Positions 1 through 12,766 of a stretch of DNA of 64,000 nt are shown here, piece after piece; positions within the stretch are counted from its first letter, which is position 1; each line of letters starts with the position of its first letter. Made by a program: the position numbers and the translations under genes. This stretch comes from Harriotta raleighana (lineage: Eukaryota): positions 2,371,229 to 2,435,228 of the forward strand of contig JBNZDD010013646.1 of NCBI GenBank assembly GCA_050575255.1, given 5' to 3'. Under the pieces are notes generated by a model. The model searched no databases. It was not told the origin of the DNA and worked only from the letters and a program-made list of their open reading frames with translations.

Positions 1-388
1 AATAAAACAACAGCTAGGCTAAATTACTGTTCTCTTTCTCTGTCTCTTCTGTTTACCATGCAATGCCATAGGATGCTCCGAAGCTGAAGAGGTATTGTAT
101 TTACCCAAGAATGCATTTCGCGCAGGGCCAGCCAGCCGAGGAATCATCGGCTTTAGTCGGGATCTGCCGGCCTCATCAAAAGTGCGCATGCGTGCAAAAC
201 CAGCCAGCCAAGGAATCACCAGATTTAATCAGGAGCTATCGGCGTCCTCATCCGTGCACATGTGTACTGTTGCCAGCCAGCTCGTATACTCAAGTTTTAT
301 GCGCCCTGCACAGAAAAGTAATGCTTCTGTTTTGTCATGTATACTTGAATTCGCAATCAATAAAGTCGCGTTCGACGAGGCTTAACTG
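1..388. mobile_element. Tigger/pogo-like non-autonomous DNA transposon (family C), cut by the window start
   Basis: The end ...GTCGCGTTCGACGAGGCTTAACTG+TA is the reverse complement of a CAGT-type terminus. The body is homologous, in reverse, to 37225-37530, and it has internal sub-repeats of about 70 bp. Confidence 0.75.
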
Positions 389-397
389 TACAATATA

Positions 398-460
398 GAA
401 TATATATATATATATAAAACACACATACATATAAAATATATATATTCTCTCTCTATATAC
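398..460. repeat. (TA)n/(CA)n/(CT)n compound microsatellite
   Basis: Seen directly in the sequence. Confidence 0.8.
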
Positions 461-461
461 A

Positions 462-628
462 TAATAAATTGATCATTTCAATCCACCCTGCTGTGTGCAA
501 TTAGCTGTCTCGTTTCACTCACACAAAAATGTAATTAATTTACTTATCAATATATTCTGTGAAGCGCTTTGAGATGGCCAGAAGATGTGAAAAACACTAT
601 ATCAAATCCAAGAATTATTATTATTATA
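462..628 (+). mobile_element. 3' half of the tRNA/Deu-type SINE
   Basis: Contains GCTGTGTGCAATTAGCTG...TATTCTGTGAAGCGCTTTGAGA...CTATATCAAAT and an (ATT)n tail, matching the full copy at 62248-62555. Confidence 0.8.
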
Positions 629-1289
629 TACTATATCATTATAATTTGTTGGCATGATTTTGCCATGAGTATTGCCACCAATCGGGATCACAATCAAAAC
701 ACTGATTCACCCTCCTCCAAGGTACACACACCCTTTCTTTCTGTGTTGCTTGTAGAACAGGGGAAAGTACTGTAATCTCTGATTACATAGCAAATGATGG
801 TGTTTATTTACGAACCAATTGTAATCATTTTATGCCCCGTCAACTTTTCTATCCTTCTGTTATGGATGTTACTCCACACTACTGTATTTTACTGCTCATA
901 CTGAGCAACATTTATCCGCTTGTACCTGGGTAGTTTACATGTGAGCATTGACAGAGTGAGGCTATTCAACTGTAGACTCATCATAGTTGTGTCCAATCCT
1001 ACACTGACCCACATCTGCATGCATGAACATATAACAAAACAGACGCTAAAGAGAGACCAGAAGCAGGAAAAGCAGCTCATTTTTCCCTCCCTTACCACAA
1101 TAGTTGAAAATCCAATAATTCTTGCATTTGATATTAAAGTGTATCACGTCTTGAAGGTAGGTCAAGGCACATCACTGGATTTTACTGCAAAGTGTAGTGA
1201 CTATGTAGTTTGTAGATAAATTTGTCAGAGAAGTTGTATATAGTAATGACCCCAAAAGAGCCTTGAAGTGAATCACCAATTTGATCTGC

Positions 1290-1490
1290 CAGATTGTTGA
1301 CCAATACACGGGGAGAAACTCCATTCTATTTTTAAGTGGTACCAAGGGATCTTAAACATCCACTTGAATAGGCAGACAAGACCTTAATTTAACAACTCAT
1401 CCAAAGGCCTGGATCAATCAGCTAAATCAATCAGCTAAATGATTAGAGGTCAGAGATTGAACCTCAGACCGTCTGAATCTTGTGGCTCAG
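1290..1490 (-). mobile_element. Ancient DeuSINE (AmnSINE1/SacSINE1-like) Deu-domain relic
   Basis: The reverse complement reads CCTTTGGATGAGTTGTTAAATTAAGGTCTTGTCTGCCTATTCAAGTGGATGTTTAAGATCCCTTGG, which matches the recalled Deu core. Similar relics occur near 29900-29995, 41060-41190, 56560-56630 and 60380-60720. Confidence 0.65.
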
Positions 1491-2127
1491 TTTTATATTG
1501 GACAATAAGCTTTCCCATTTCAGTTCTGGTTATTGCACTGTCAGAGATAGAGTCAAAGTGAATTTCCAAATGCTGATGAATTTAACAATGTTGAGGGCAA
1601 TTCTGCCTTAAAATCTTCCCATTTATTACCAGCTGATATTCAAGTGTTTACTAACCAACAGAAAATAAGACAAGCATTCTCACCAAGGTCAGTACAACTA
1701 CAACTTCAACNTTCCCATTTATTACCAGCTGATATTCAAGTGTTTACTAACCAACAGAAAAGAAGACAAGCATTCTCACCAAGGTCAGTACAACTACAAT
1801 TTTTGTGGTATCACTTTTCTCATTAATATAAATATCTCAGTGCACTATAGAAAATGTAATTGTTAAGAAATCAAATGAATTTTATTACGTCNAAGCATTC
1901 TCACCAAGGTCAGTACAACTACAACTTCAACTTTTGTGGTATCACTTTTCTCATTAATATAAATATCTCAGTGCACTATAGAAAACATAGCAACTAATCC
2001 GCACCAACATTGTCCTACAACCACATTATTTGAATTGAGTATATTTGATACCAGCATTGTTTTTAGTAAACCAATTGCTGGTACCAAGAGGGAGAGTGAA
2101 TCACATACACTGTTGTGAGTAGCGTGA

Positions 2128-2890
2128 TTAATAATAATTCTCACATTTGATACTATGTTGCTTTTCACAGAATATACTGTAAAATAAATTGATTGTACAG
2201 TATAAACATGTTTATCCAGCACCCACGGGACCTGGCCAATGGCGGTTAAACGGTTTTCCGGTTGAACAATTATTTTTGCACCCACGGGACCTGGCCAATG
2301 GCGGTTAAACGGTTTTCCGGTTGAACAATTATTTTTTAATTATTTTTTTAACACAGNCAGTATAAACATGTTTATCCAGCACCCACGGGACCCTGGCCAA
2401 TGGCGGTTAAACGGTTTTCCCGGTTGAACAATTATTTTTAAAAAAATATTTTAACACAGATCATATTAATAATAGACTAAATAATAACAGAATATTGTAT
2501 TAGTATTTTATTATTTATAGTTAACTTTGCAATGGCAGCCCTCACCTGATCGAAATAAAAAAAACAAGACTTTTAAAAGGAGCAGGAGTGAGTTTAGACT
2601 CGATTAGCGGCCAGCTATGAATACCTGCACCAGTACTTGCATGCGACAGTCGATTCATTAAATGCATCATCACTATTTGCCGGATAACTTCTGGTTCATC
2701 AAATCAGGACTTTTTTTTTTTTAGATGGCTGTTGAACGGGTTTTCCGGTTCATCAAGTCACGGATAAACAAGGTTTTATTGTATTTTTGTGGGTGAAACG
2801 TGCAAACCAATTGCGCACAGAAATGTCCCACAAATAGACATGGACTGAAATGACAAATTTGTTGTTACATTTTTTCCAAGGGATTATTAT
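2128..2890 (-). mobile_element. tRNA/Deu-type SINE 3' half, split by a MITE
   Basis: SINE sequence ...AATTGATTGTA stops at 2197 and resumes at 2782 with TATTTTTGTGGGTGAAACGTG. Confidence 0.75.
2198..2781. mobile_element. Tigger/pogo-like MITE (family A) with TA target duplication
   Basis: TIRs CAGTATAAACATGTTTATCC / GGATAAACAAGGTTTTATTG with TA on both sides, homologous to 57963-58578. The left end is repeated around the N at 2357. Confidence 0.85.
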
Positions 2891-2912
2891 AGTTGAACTC
2901 AAATAGAAACAA

Positions 2913-3681
2913 AAGCTTCAGGTCCTTGAGCCTGTTCCACCATTGTGTATGATCATGGCTGATATGTATTTGTATATTGGTCTGATCTGTACCTCAATTA
3001 CCCACCCTTGGCCCATATCACTTGATACCTGACCTAACAAACATCCACCTCAGTCTTCAAAATGGACAGATCCAGGATCCAAAGCCTTTGGGGGAGACAG
3101 TTCTAGATTTCCACTAGCCTTTAGCTGAAAAACTGCCTCCTAATTTCACATCTAAACAGTCTTATTTAAGATGATACCCCTTGTTCCGGATTCCCTGTAT
3201 AGTTTCTTTGTATCTACCCTATCAATCTGTTTGTTATTTTAAAAACCTCAATAAGGTCACCTTTTGACCTTCTAAACTCAAGGGAATGGAGACCAAGTTT
3301 GTGCAACTCATCCTCATAATTTAACTCTTCAAGCCCCAGTATCATACACCACCTCTATAGCCAATACAGTACATCATTCCTGGGATGCGGTACCCAAAAT
3401 TGAAACCAATGCTCCAGGTGAGGTCTGACAAAGTCTCTATACAGTTGAAACATCATTTCCTCTCTTTTGTACTCTCGTTCCCTTGAGGTAAAGGCCAACA
3501 TCCTATCAACCTTTTTGATAACTGTTTGTACATTTGAGTTCGTTTTTAGTGGATTGTGTAAGTGGATACCCAAATCCTTTTGCTCCTCCACATTTCGTAG
3601 TTTCTCACCATTTTGAAAATATAGAAAATATTCTGCTTTGCTATTTTTAGATGCATCATGGTTGATCTCACACTTCCCCAC
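2913..3681 (-). mobile_element. Decayed CR1 LINE 3' end (RT C-terminus and 3' UTR)
   Basis: ORF 3355-3681 contains EEQKDLGI...RMLAF...LYRDFVRPHLEHWFQFWVPH, typical of the CR1 ORF2 C-terminus, followed by 3'-UTR-like sequence. Confidence 0.85.
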
Positions 3682-4019
3682 TGTTTGTAAAAAATCATTA
3701 AGTTCATTTTAATCTAATATCATGGGAAAAGAAAGTGCTGTGCATGATAATAGTGATCTTGGCTTTTGATAATAATAAGCCTCAGAGCACTTCTCATGAT
3801 GTGCTATAAAGAGCAGTAGCTGTGTATATTTAGTTGGAAAAACTCAGCAGCCAATTTTCAAAGCAAATATCCCACAAATAGCTGTGAAATGAACGATTTC
3901 AGTTTTATTTGGAAAACATCTAGCTGGGATGCTAGGAGATACTCCATTCTCTTTTGAGTACTGTATTGGCATAGTATCTTTAAGGTCAACTACAACAATT
4001 ATATATACTTATGGTAATG

Positions 4020-4700
4020 CCTAGGAGAGACTGTGATGGACATTGCACAAGGATGATGGGAGAGTGAGGAGGTGGGGTTGGTGATAGGTGCATTCAAAGC
4101 AATAGGATTTAACATGGGAATTAAAAGACAAAATGAGAGAGTGAGGCAAGATGGAGTGGTAGTTCTGGAGATCAGGAGTTTAGGAACTGGAGGCTCAGCC
4201 ACCTATCTTGGCGTGGAGAGGGAAGGAATGCATCACAAGCTAAGTGGAGGGGTGAGAAGTAACATTTCAGAAGGTCAACGAGATAAGGTTATGTTAGGGA
4301 GTCAAAGCAAGTTTTCAGCTGCATTTATTAAGTGAGGGTGAAGACCTCAAATTCAATCCACTGGGATACAGAGATTAAATAAAGATAGGCTAGGATTGAT
4401 TTGATGCTTGTGTGGAGTTTTGCGTGGGAGAGAATTTTGATAGTGGAGTTTTGAATGGATTGCAGCTGATGAACGGTGGAGCTTGGGAGACCAGTGAGAA
4501 GTGCGTTGAAAAAGACTAAGTTGAATATGATGAAGGTGTGAATGGGTATTTCAAAGCAATTGGGTGTGAGATAGAAGTTGAGCTAGGCAATGTGGTGGAG
4601 ATAAAGGTAGACAGACTTGGTGAAGGACCAGATTTGAAGGAGAAAAGCAAGCTGGGGATTGAATCAGTTGCCAAAGTTGTGCACCAGTTTTGAGCATTTG
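4020..4700 (-). mobile_element. Old L2-clade LINE fragment
   Basis: Purine-rich plus strand with decayed similarity to the L2 copies at 31635-32376 and 42620-43206 (e.g. AGTGAGGGTGAAGACCTCAAATTCAATCC). Confidence 0.55.
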
Positions 4701-6058
4701 AAAGAGTCTAGAGAGGCTGGGAAGGGACATGACATAGGCGCAAACTGAGTCGGATAGTTTTCAACCAATCCACATTGAGTTGACATCCTCCATGCAGACA
4801 GGATGGGAAGGTTTAAGATGTTATCTATGAAAATGGCACTCCAACAAACAGCAACCATGTGTATTGTGTTGGTGTGTCTGCTTAGATTATACGAGTTCAA
4901 CACCCCAGTATTAGTCTTGAACCCGCAACCTTCTGACTCAGCAGTACTAGAGCAACCAGCTGAGTCAGGCGGATTACACTTATCATGTGATGTATGAGAG
5001 CCTATTTTTTCCCCCCTTAAGTCTTACACTAGATTTGTTATAATAGGAACTCTTATCTCAAAAATAAAAGTATTCAATTCAAATATTCAAATAATCAATT
5101 CACTTTACAGTATAATCTGTGAAGTACTTTGAGACATCAAGGATTATTATCTTTATAACTACATACTGTAGAAAGATGAGCTGAAAGATAAGCTTTTTCT
5201 ACAAGTGCAGTCATTTCATTTTTTTAACAGAATTATACCCGACAAAGGTGACATCCTGTTACAGAATGACATGAATATTTACAAAATCTGCTTCAGGGTT
5301 GTAGGGAGGATTCTGATTCAGATGAAATATTTGCTCTAATATTTTCTAAATGTTAAACAACAGAAAAAGAGAAGAGAAGGTTGCATCTGAAATCTGCTCT
5401 CTCTGCTCTGTCATTGATGGTAATGTATTGTGGCACATGATGAAAATTTATAAATGAATGGTTGGACAAAGACATGGTTCAGGCATTAGAATTGCAAGCA
5501 CTAAAATATTGAAATAAATGATGTACAAGGAATATTATAATGATATATACATCATTTAAAAATAATGGTGGGTTATAAAATGTGCGTGTGTTGGGTTCTC
5601 TGTCTGTGGGCTAACCTTTTTCAAACACACACTTAACATTCAAATACTGTATATAATCAACCATCAATGGAAATGATTTTTGGTGATGCTGTAATTGTAT
5701 TATTGCAGAACTGAGAGCACCTGTTTGTTTGAAAACATTAGCCTATGGGCTATTAGCCTGACCTTCATTTTAAATCTGATTACATCCAAATGAAACACTT
5801 CATACATTGACAACAGTGCATGAGAAAATTGGTGAATAGAATATATAGTGATCATTCACATTATTGCATTTCATTGTCTGTGCACAAAATTCAAAGAATA
5901 AAACGACTGTGAAATAAACTGTGATTCTATAAAACAAATATTATTAGAGCTTTAAAAAAGTATGCCAAGCAAATATTAACAAAGGTTGATCATGCAAAAT
6001 AAGTAATAGTCCAATAAGTCATGTGCAGTTGATTGAAAAATCAAGTAAAATATTTTAC

Positions 6059-6292
6059 CTTTCCCACATATTGGGGCTCTGATCCCATATATTCTTCCAG
6101 CACAAAGAATTGGTTCCAGATCCAGCCACGTCTAACACGCTGGAGCATAGGAGCTCCATCTCCTGACAGCTCAATTATTTGGTCACTGTCTGTGTGTCCT
6201 GAAGTCCTTGGTGATAGCGATTTCAGGGGTGTTAAAAGTCCCTCATCAAACAGGATCCAAAGAAGCAGCGACAAGCAATTCACAATCAGCAT
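6059..6292 (-). CDS. cdh12: First coding exon of a type II classical cadherin (cadherin-12-like): signal peptide, short prodomain, furin site and start of EC1
   Basis: Translation [23 protein letters not shown]...LQRVRR|[23 protein letters not shown]. The RxRR furin site is followed by the type II cadherin W2/W4 motif, and the signal peptide closely resembles vertebrate CDH12 ([23 protein letters not shown]). The exon ends in phase 0 at donor AAG|GTAAAA (GT at 6058-6057), 78 codons in total. The rest of the gene lies left of the window. Confidence 0.93.
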
Positions 6293-6484
6293 TTGTATGT
6301 GACAAAGTGCAGCTCAGCATATATATAAAAAATAGATCTGCTGGCTATAAAGATGACTTTGCATTCATGTAGATAGTCAGGTTTCTGGAAGTTTTTCGTC
6401 TTCACACTTCAGATGTGAGCAATCTTCTGTGCAAGAGCACTGATGCTAAGTGCCATTCGATACATCAAATTCCCACTTCTGAGT
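6293..6484 (-). other. cdh12: 5'-UTR portion of the first coding exon of cdh12
   Basis: Minus-strand acceptor ...GCATACTTTTTAACAG|ACTCAG (AG at 6486-6485), followed by non-repetitive sequence running to the ATG at 6292. Confidence 0.65.
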
Positions 6485-7994
6485 CTGTTAAAAAGTATGC
6501 ACAGAATTAAAATAGGTTTTCACTCAGGATTTAGTTCTAATTATATGCATATATACATATATATATATATTTATATACAAACACCTTGACTAGAAATAGC
6601 TATTATGCTAAAGTCAGTTCATCTTATTTAACGATTGTGCTGACACGAGAATAAGATAGCACAACCATGAGATCATTGAGAAACACTTGTTTCTACCACT
6701 TCCGGAGATTCAGCTCTCAGAAGACACATGCAATTAATCTGTCTGTTTGTCTGTCTCTCTGTTCTGTCAGTTTCAATAAAGCTCATAGCGGTTGAATCTA
6801 TGGTAGAAAGCTGCTCCAGATTGGATATTTAATTCAGCAGTCTAGCTAAGGTTGAATGCCCCAAGATCAGAAGTATAATTTTTATCGGGATGCTAATGTT
6901 AAAGGAGACATCATTGCAATTGTCCTGTGACATCTGCATCACATACATTCACTGTAGTCTACTCGTCTAAAAAATCAATTCTAATTTTATAAAATAAAAT
7001 ATACTCTTATCAGAAATTTTCATTTTCACAATTAATATTGATTCAAGGTAGCAAACCATTTCCGCTTTTAAAAACAAATTGATGCAATATATACTGCAGC
7101 AAACTTCAAATGTATAACTAAACTTTGTTAGCTATCTAACAGTTGCTCTCTTGACAAAAGGATTGCCTTTCATCCCAACTCGCCTATGCCAGTGTTTAAC
7201 CTCCATGGGAGCTTCCACCACTTCTAATTCCCTATCCCTTATATATATATATTTGTTCTCTTCTCCTTCCTGTATGTAACAAGTAAAGAAACAAACAAAT
7301 AATTGTGGTTTATAAGTATAGTTTGTCCAAATATGTCAAAGAGCTGAGAAATTTGTAATTTTCATAAAGTATTCATTGTAATAGATATTACAAGAAACCC
7401 CACAATAAAGCAACTAAAGTCAAACTTATTTTCAGCAACCAATCAGGGGACTGGACCAAAGTGTATTATGTATTTATGCCTCTGCATAAGGATTTGATGG
7501 TTTGTATACTGGAACCAAAAGTTTAAAAACATTTTCATGGGTCAAATATTTCAATGGTCTCGTGAGCTAGACTCCCAATAGACTCCTGGTCACTGGAGAG
7601 GAAGAATTGAGCAAGTCTAACGGGAGTTTACATGGGCCTGGGGAATTGTTAATTCATTACTGGTAAACACAGTTAAATTCGCTTCCAACTGACTGACAGG
7701 ACTGAACTGGTTCAGATAGACAAGTCTATCTTCCCATGTTTTAAAAAATACCCCTTTGACTAAGCTTTCCATTATTTTAATGGAACTAAAAGTTCTGTTA
7801 AGGCAACCATCTGTGTTCAGCAACTGAACAGAGTTGGTTACCTTAACAGATTTGAATGTCCTTTCATTGCAGAATCCACACAAGTAGACATTATCTGAAA
7901 AGTGCAAAATTGGTTAATCTTCATCACTGTTACAGGTATTCTTCAATGTTCAGCAATGCGATGCAATTTACATTTATATAGCTCCTTTCTATAG

Positions 7995-8326
7995 CTTCTG
8001 GTAGGAGAATCTTTTCCCCTAGTAGGAGAATCTAAAACCAGGGATCACAGTCTTAAAATTAAGGGACAGCTTTTTAGAACAGAGTTGAGGAAACATTTCT
8101 TCACTCAATTTATGGAATTCACTACCCCAGAAGGCTGTGGATGCTCAGTCTTTGAACAATTTCAAGGCTGAGACTGATAGATTTTTTTAAAAAGTGGGAT
8201 TAGGGAATATGGGGATAGGGCAGGTAATTGGAGTTAGGTCAGAAGATCAGCCATGATCTTATTGAATGGTGGGGCAGGCTCAAAGGGCCGAATGGCCTAA
8301 TCCTGCTCCTAATTCTTATGTTCCTT
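7995..8326 (+). mobile_element. CR1 3' end
   Basis: Contains GAATCTAAAACCAGGGATCACAGTCTTAAAATTAAGGG...GGCCGAATGGCCTAATCCTGCTCCTAATTCTTATGTTCCT, with the CR1 terminal motif and octamer-type tail. Confidence 0.85.
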
Positions 8327-11300
8327 TCATTTCAGGAGATCTCAAAACACTGCTCAGTACTGAATGGGAAACCGATCTGGGGGTGCTGGGGAAAGGTAAA
8401 ATAATGGAAAGCTTGGTTAAAGGGGTATTTTTTAAAGATATGGCAAGGTAACAAGTTGAATAAATGAACTCGATAAATTCATTTGAAATCGCTGCTGCTC
8501 GTTTTAAAATACAATGTAAGATCTATTGCAATCCATGTTATGGATTTTAATTTTCTGTAACAACTGAGCCCAGATTTACTAGACTAGAAGGCACCACATG
8601 AAAATGTAGTAGAGGCTGGGAACCTCTCTACAACTTGTTCATATTAAGGATGTCGAGTTACAAACCGTGTAATCTACTAACTGTGCCATAAAGTAAAGCT
8701 GATGTATGACATATTTAGGATCTTGATGTGATGTTCCCAGAGATTATCATCAGTAAACTGAAATAAACCAGACCATTTACAGTCCTCATCACCTTTACCA
8801 CAACTCACCTCAGGCTTATAAAGCAACTTTCAGTAAAGTTGGAAAGTACTCCTAACAAAGATATCATCACAAAGCTGATGTCAGTTTAATGATCCAAAGC
8901 ATATGCTTGGATTGAAACAAAATACTACATATGAAGATATTGTCAGGATTGATTACTTTACAAGGAATTTATTCTCCTACAAAATATGCACTCACTACAC
9001 TTTCTTCTTGGCGCTTTGATACATATTCCTGATATAAAATGCATTTAATCAATTGCATGAAATATAATGATATTTACTCTGTTGTGCTCAATATAGTTCA
9101 AGCTGTGCCTCCAACTTTTAATAGGACAACCTTGAACACTGCTATTCTCCGTTTGCAGAAACTCTAGGAAACAGATTTAGGGTATGAGGCACTCTCCAAA
9201 AAGACTGTGGAGATTGCTAAATGATTGCAGATGTTCCTTCAGACCCACATCATTGCACTCACAAGTCAAAGACACTTTTCCCAGACAGAGACCGATGAAT
9301 ACAAGAAGATTGAAGAATAGGAAAAGGGAAGAGAATCACTTTACACTTGTTATATATGACTGTGTCTCTACTAACAGCACTGGCATCACACTTTATTGTT
9401 TGCAGGATATTATTTGGTTTGCAAACATATTGTCAATCAAAAGATCTACATTTCTACTTAACCAACCTCCTCTCTATAGCAAACATAATGAGGCTGTCTC
9501 ACAATTTTGAATGAACCTGTGTGATCCTATATTACCATTTTTTCACCCTCTCCCCCAGCTGAACTGAATGCATAGTTTCAATTTTGATGGATTTGTTTTA
9601 TATAAGGCATGTATGGGTATAACACTATTAGCAGTTGGTTCCTTTTCTTTTTTCCACTGTTGATTTTCCTCTGACACTATTGAATTTGGATTCACATTAA
9701 ACAGCATTTGGCATTTAGAAGTCAGCAAAAATGCATAATACAGATATAATGGATACTTCAAGTTACTCAGGAGTGACTGAGAAACAGAGGCTCAAGGTCG
9801 GTCACTTGACAGAAACTGAGTAACAATCTCACAGTCACTGATAGGAAATCCAGCTTCTAACTGACAGGACATTTTAGCTGACCCATATAATCACAACCTT
9901 GAATGGCCAGAGGTAAATTATGGGGTTGCCATAAATTAGCATCAACATATTGCCTGTAACTGTCAGGATTCCTTGAGTAATTCCGAGTCATTATTACTAA
10001 ATAAATCACTGAAAAAAATATGCTTTTTTAAAAAAAACTCTTGTTAAGGAATATATATTACCAATAGACACAAGTCATTGTGTTATTCCTAATTGTAGTA
10101 TCTGTATTAACTACCCCAGTGAAACATCACAAAGAAAACAAAATATTTTCTTTTGATCTAACATAGAATCACTTCAAAAAACCAGAACAACTATATATTA
10201 TAAGAGCAACAGGCATCACAGTTGAAATATATGGTTTAATTTGAATCAAAGATGAGAAAAACTAAATTATTCACCAGAATTTGACATTCAGGCATAACTC
10301 AAATCATCCTTTCCTTTTAAGTAGGGAGAAGTTCTTAAAAAAAACTTAATATACACATAAAACAGAGATAGGATAGTGGTGCTGATAGGAAACTGAGCAC
10401 GTTTACTACACTCCATGACTAAGGAAAAGGTGATGAATTGAGCCACTCATAGTTGGAAGCGATGAAATACATGCATTTAATTCATGCACATGAAAAAAAA
10501 CATTTCAGCCAAGTAAAGACATTTTATATACGGTTTAACTTACCTTTTTTCCATTGAACTATGATTTCAAAGCTGAGTATCAGATTTTCTACTGCCTATG
10601 TTACAACAGTTGTAACCCAGCAGCACATCAGTAAGCCGCAAGCTTGGACAGAAACACTGCTGACAGAATGGGTTGCTCTGTGACTGACGGGTGCACATTG
10701 TCTGTGATAATTGTGCTGTGTGTGGGTAGTTCCCAGTCGAAAGAAGAGCAAGATTACAAACGGTTGTAGAGTAGCACATGAGTTACTAGCTGTCAGCTGC
10801 CTCTAAACATGACTAACGGATAATGGAATTAGCTCAGCTGAGTGGAAATTGCCCAGATGAGTCAAAAGCTCTAAGTCATTAAATAATTCCTCAGAGGAAA
10901 GAAGTGCCTTGGCATGTCATGCTGGGACTACGGAGGTTGACAAAATTGGATATTTAATTCACTCAGGAGAATACAGACATTTATGTTAATCTCCATACCA
11001 CACCACAGACTAAATTAATTAACCCAATCCAGGCGGCACTTTCCAACACTTCCATAAAGAACACATATTGTACAGATTCACTGACCTTGAGAACAGCTGT
11101 TCAGCAGCCAAATCAAGATCTAGAATCTGTCAAAATGATTTCTCTTTCAGTTTCACTAAACCAACCGAGCGCTTTATCATTCCGGATTTCAAGATATATA
11201 TTTTGCGATGATTGCCTAAATGAATTTCACAGCTGGTCCAATCATTATATGAACCCGCTCTACGTAATATTAACTGATATTTAAAAACCTTAGAAAAATG

Positions 11301-12443
11301 TCTCTTCATTTTGCTGTAAAGATCTTCTCCGAGAGTTTGAGTATAAATTGCCTTAATATCTGTATATTTAGCCCCAACAATGTTTAAGAAAAAGCAAACA
11401 TCTTATTGGGATTTATCCACAAATATAAATTGAGTAAAATAGTTGGTAAATGGATGATATTTGTCTTATTTTCCTGTTTTTTTTCCATCGCTTCTCAATA
11501 GGCTGATTCCAGGCAAGTTATGGATCCCGTCTCCAAAATAAATAATTCAGTCCTACTGGAGCCAGTCACATTTGCAGGTATTCCCAAAGGATTTCATATG
11601 GGTGGCCAGCTATTTCACAAAGTGATTGAAGCTACAGATTTTGTTACTGCCTTATCACTGTGGTATATACAAGTGCTCATTTGCACAATGAGTCAGAATG
11701 CTCCTGTCACTTTGCGTTTAGCTCATAATGAAGGAGAAAGGTATCAAAGAGTTCAACATTAGACTGATCAGAGACATTTGCTATGGATTTTAGAGAAACC
11801 TGTCTCCCACATCTGTATGTAACTGACAGTAGAGCCAGTTCAATGATTGTCTGTTTAGATTTGGAGACAAAGAGAGAAAGGCATTTGGTTTGAATATGCC
11901 ATTTGTTTTGTCCACCTCAAAGTTCCTTCATCTCTCTTAGGACACATTTGTTATTCCTATGAACTTAGTCAACATGCAAACCAATGTCTTTGGAATATAC
12001 ATTTTCAATGAATGCTATCTAATACTGAGCAAAAACATGAAAGCTTTATGACCCTATGGAACAGAATATTTAGCATTTGTGGAGTTAAATGTTTGTACTG
12101 TACTGATGACAAGCGTCATATATAGTGCAACGTTGTCTGTTTTGCAGAAATCAACAGTCTGGATTCAGTAGTGAGATCACCTAGATTACTTGTGCTGTGC
12201 ATCAGATTTAATGTAACTGAAGCCAATCCACAGCTAATCTTTTAAACATAACCTTTGAAAAGTACTCAGGCTGCTGCTGTAGCTTTAAAAATTATAATGG
12301 TAGGAAAGAGCTGACTATTCTGCCAGATATCATTTTACTTTTGAAATGTCTCTTAACATTTGGAGTTCAATTAGCAGAGCTGTGGGAGTATACTTAAATA
12401 AACATGCATGAAGCTCTGAATTTTACTCAGTTGGTGAACAGTG

Positions 12444-12766
12444 TAATAATAATAATAATAATCCTTGCATTTGATATCGCACTTTTCAAACCTTCTAGAC
12501 ATCTCAAAGTGCTTCACAGAATATATTGTAAAATTAATTGACTGTAGATATATTTATATGTTGGCGAAACATGACAGCCAATTGCGCACAGCAGATTCCC
12601 ACAAACAGTCATGGATTTAAATGACCAATTTATCATTGCTTTTTTTTGAGGGATTATTATTAGGCATCTAGAGTAAGGGAAACATGTCCAAGATTTCACC
12701 CTGCCTGGAATTAAACCCAAATCTCTTGGTTTAAGGCGAGTACTCTAACCACTGAGCTACAGCTTC
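12444..12766 (-). mobile_element. Full-length tRNA-derived SINE (short form)
   Basis: Head with A box TAGCTCAGTGG and B-box-like GGTTTAATTCC, a partial Deu body and an (ATT)n tail. Confidence 0.9.

Noticed and set aside
6041-6058. C-terminal VKYFT* of the listed 83-aa ORF
   Set aside because: This is read-through into the intron past the GT donor. The cadherin continues in a downstream exon, which I could not find in 1-6058.
6033-6302. 89-aa plus-strand ORF antisense to the cadherin exon
   Set aside because: It has a TTG start and is a shadow of the real coding frame, with no recognisable motif.
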